Source: Halorussus marinus (lineage in GTDB: Archaea > Halobacteriota > Halobacteria > Halobacteriales > Haladaptataceae). From it: DNA of 20,000 bases. The notes beneath the pieces are model-generated. The model did no database searches. It was not told where the DNA came from and saw only the letters and a list, made by a program, of their open reading frames with translations. Shown here in pieces: positions 17,859 to 20,000 of this stretch. The stretch is from assembly GCF_004765795.1 (NCBI RefSeq), contig NZ_SBIV01000002.1:545557-565556 (forward strand). The letters run 5' to 3'. Each line of letters starts with the position of its first letter. Positions within the stretch are counted from its first letter, which is position 1. A program made the translations under genes and the position numbers.

Positions 17859-19112
17859 ATGAACACTTCACCGGCTCGTCGGCAAGTACTCGAGAGTTTG
17901 GGTGTGATAGCCGCGGGCGTCACTGCGGGTTGTTCAGAGCGTGGGAGAGACGAGACCGCGATCAGCACGGACGAACAAACGACGGCAGCGGAACACGACG
18001 ACCTCTCCGTGCGGCATCACTCGACGTTTCGAGGTGGCTACGCACGCACGGGATATCGAGGCGAAGCAGTCGTCCCAGACAGCGTCGAACGTCGGTGGCG
18101 TGCCCCCGGAGTAAACAAAGGCGACCACACCGCCGCGAAGGCCAGTCCGGTGTCGACATCCGACGGCGACACCCTCGTTCCCGGTGACGACGGAACGGTG
18201 TACGCTCTCGCTCCGGACGGAAGTACCCAGTGGGCCGCTGCGACGAATCCCTCCGGAAGGGGGATCCACGGCACGCCGACGGTCGCTAACGAGACAGTTT
18301 ACGTCGGCGCGTACGACGGCGCGCTCTACGCGTTCGACCTCGAAACCGGGCGCCGCGAGTGGCGAGTCGAACTGGGTGACGCGATCGGATCTAGTCCGAC
18401 CTACTACGACGGGTCGGTGTACATTCCGGTCGAGTACAACACGCCGAGCGGGAGCCTGTTCGCCGTGAACGCGGCTACCGGCGACGTCGAGTGGGAAGAC
18501 AACCGGCCGACGGATCACCCTCACTCGACCCCCGCGGTCGATTTCGACGCGGATAAGATCGTCGTGGGGTCGAACGACGGTTATCTGTACGCGTGGGACT
18601 TCGAGTCCCGGACGTTCGCATGGCAGTTCGACACGGGAGAACCTATCAAGGGACCGGTGGCGACCTTCGATGGGAGCGCGTTCTTCGGATCGTGGGACGA
18701 TAGCGTCTATCGCGTAGATCTGGACACCGGAAGGGAAGAGTGGTCGTTCGAGACGGATCACTACGTCATGTCAGGGCCCGGAATCGATCCCGGGACTGGC
18801 ACGGTGTACGTCGGGAGCCACGATAGATCGCTGTATGCCCTCGACGCCGACGACGGGGAAGAGCGGTGGTCGTACGAGACCGACGGCTGGATCATCAGTT
18901 GTCCGACGATCACCGCCGAGAGCGTGTTGGTGGGGTCCTACGACTCGCGGCTCTACGCGTTCGAGAAGACGACCGGTGACGAACGATGGCGCGTCGACAA
19001 CGTCGGACGAGTGACGAGCGAGCCGCTAATCGTCGACGATCGGATCTATTACGCCGAACGCGCGACCGACGACGCGAGCGGGAGCGCCTACTGTTTAGAG
19101 CCAAAGACTTGA
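17859..19112 (+). CDS. PQQ-binding-like (BamB-type) beta-propeller repeat protein, predicted Tat lipoprotein
   Basis: ARRQVL twin-Arg signal and TAGC lipobox. Repeated blades G(S/A)xD..LYA.D..TG...W (GAYDGALYAFD, GSNDGYLYAWD, GSWDDSVYRVD, GSHDRSLYALD, GSYDSRLYAFE). Confidence 0.9.
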   Translation: MNTSPARRQVLESLGVIAAGVTAGCSERGRDETAISTDEQTTAAEHDDLSVRHHSTFRGGYARTGYRGEAVVPDSVERRWRAPGVNKGDHTAAKASPVSTSDGDTLVPGDDGTVYALAPDGSTQWAAATNPSGRGIHGTPTVANETVYVGAYDGALYAFDLETGRREWRVELGDAIGSSPTYYDGSVYIPVEYNTPSGSLFAVNAATGDVEWEDNRPTDHPHSTPAVDFDADKIVVGSNDGYLYAWDFESRTFAWQFDTGEPIKGPVATFDGSAFFGSWDDSVYRVDLDTGREEWSFETDHYVMSGPGIDPGTGTVYVGSHDRSLYALDADDGEERWSYETDGWIISCPTITAESVLVGSYDSRLYAFEKTTGDERWRVDNVGRVTSEPLIVDDRIYYAERATDDASGSAYCLEPKT

Positions 19113-19407
19113 CCGTCTGAGCGAGTTTTCCCGTCTTCTCCACTGAACGATTTGAGCGCCGGATTGTTCGCCATCCACTCCGATTCGTCGCTGTCGGTCC
19201 GGGCGGTCGTAATGTGAATCAGTCGGCGTAATACGAAGCGTTCCGCCAGAGGCGGGTCAAGCCGAGAGAGACGCGTCGAAGGTGAAACGCTTCGGGACCG
19301 GAAACAACGAACCGAGCGCGTCCGGTCTCCGCTGTGAGTAGCCAACGCTCGACGTGCGAGCGTTCGATAAAATACCGTCGAGCCGGAAAGAATCCGGTAA
19401 TTAGGGG

Positions 19408-20000
19408 CTATTCGTTGCTGCGGCGGACCGCCAGCAGCGCGGCCGCGACGAGCGCGACGAGAGCCGGCATCATGCCGAATCCGGGGATACCACCGTCGCC
19501 ACCGTCACCTTCCGTAGTCTCAGTGGCTTCGGTCGTCTCGGTCGTCTCAGTCGCCTCGGTCGTCGGTTCCGGTTCGGTCATCTCGGTAGTTTCGGTCGTT
19601 TCGGTGGTCTCGGCATCGTCGTCACCGTCACCGCCGTCGTCACCGTCACCGCCGTCGTCACCGTCACCGCCGTCGTCACCGTCACCGCCGTCGTCACCGT
19701 CACCGCCGTCGTCACCGTCACTACCATCGCTGCCATCTCCGCCGTCGCCGCCGTCGGAACCGTCTCCGCCGTCGCCGCCGTCGGAACCGTCCCCGCCGTC
19801 GCCGCCGTCGGAACCGTCCCCGCCGTCGCCGCCGTCGGAGACTGTGACGCTGAAGTCGAAGCGCTCGGACGTACTCGCCGAGTAGGACGTCGAGTCCTGT
19901 TCGCCGTTGACCTGAATAGTCAGATCATCGCCGTCCTCGAGTCCCTCGACGTCGTCCTCGGAGATCTTGATCTCGTAGTAGCCGTCGCTATCGGTGGTGT
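19408..20000 (-). CDS. PGF-CTERM (archaeosortase A substrate) cell-surface protein, C-terminal part; starts beyond the window
   Basis: Minus-strand translation: TTDSDGYYEIKISEDD..., then G/D repeats, a T/E-rich stalk, and GGIPGFGMMPALVALVAAALLAVRRSNE*. This gives PGF motif, TM helix and basic tail; stop TAG at 19408-19410. Confidence 0.92.
   Translation of the reverse strand, partial: TTDSDGYYEIKISEDDVEGLEDGDDLTIQVNGEQDSTSYSASTSERFDFSVTVSDGGDGGDGSDGGDGGDGSDGGDGGDGSDGGDGGDGSDGSDGDDGGDGDDGGDGDDGGDGDDGGDGDDGGDGDDDAETTETTETTEMTEPEPTTEATETTETTEATETTEGDGGDGGIPGFGMMPALVALVAAALLAVRRSNE
19618..19721. repeat. 18-bp tandem repeat (GTCGTCACCGTCACCGCC, ~5.8 copies) encoding (GGDGDD)n
   Basis: Five perfect units plus a partial unit read directly from the sequence. 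Confidence 0.92.
19739..19839. repeat. 27-bp tandem repeat (CCGCCGTCGCCGCCGTCGGAACCGTCY, ~3.7 copies) encoding (SDGGDGGDG)n
   Basis: Units start at 19739, 19766, 19793 and 19820. Confidence 0.9.

Noticed and set aside
17606..17968. 120-aa minus-strand ORF over the divergent intergenic region
   Set aside because: Overlaps the propeller gene start and promoter, has atypical composition and no motif.
17859..19112. Calling the propeller a PQQ-dependent dehydrogenase or BamB ortholog
   Set aside because: Only the generic Trp-docking blade repeats are visible; no catalytic features are identifiable and archaea have no BAM complex.
19088..19345. 85-aa minus-strand ORF in the propeller/PGF-CTERM gap
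   Set aside because: Basic, non-halophilic composition, overlaps the end of the propeller gene, and has no recognisable motif.
19618..19839. Tandem repeats considered as a CRISPR array
   Set aside because: Contiguous in-frame units with no unique spacers, inside a CDS, and no cas genes nearby.
19334..19885. 183-aa Ser/Pro-rich plus-strand ORF
   Set aside because: Antisense read-out of the Gly/Asp repeats of the real minus-strand PGF-CTERM gene.

Overview
High-GC haloarchaeal (class Halobacteria) chromosomal segment, judged from the acidic proteins, halophile-type [2Fe-2S] ferredoxin, Tat substrates, PGF-CTERM protein and leaderless TATA promoters. It is mostly housekeeping. In order: the 3' end of the LysW-type arginine operon (argD/lysJ, argE/lysK, argF), a Cys-containing membrane hypothetical, thrC, an orphan HisKA_7TM/PAS sensor kinase, serA, two tandem PiT-family anion permeases, fer, an 82-aa hypothetical, the prepilin/archaellin peptidase pibD, a TAXI-TRAP operon (receptor, DUF1850, fused permease), a Tat/lipobox PQQ-like beta-propeller protein, and the C-terminus of a repeat-rich PGF-CTERM surface protein that the ORF track missed. 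I found no mobile element, CRISPR array or RNA gene, and cannot support a clearly novel multi-gene system. The best leads are: a 9-bp motif at the same position upstream of thrC and serA; identical DNA tracts between the two divergent PiT paralogs, both of which lack the canonical PiT Asp signature; operator-like repeats around the kinase promoter; and a TAXI receptor with no visible membrane anchor.
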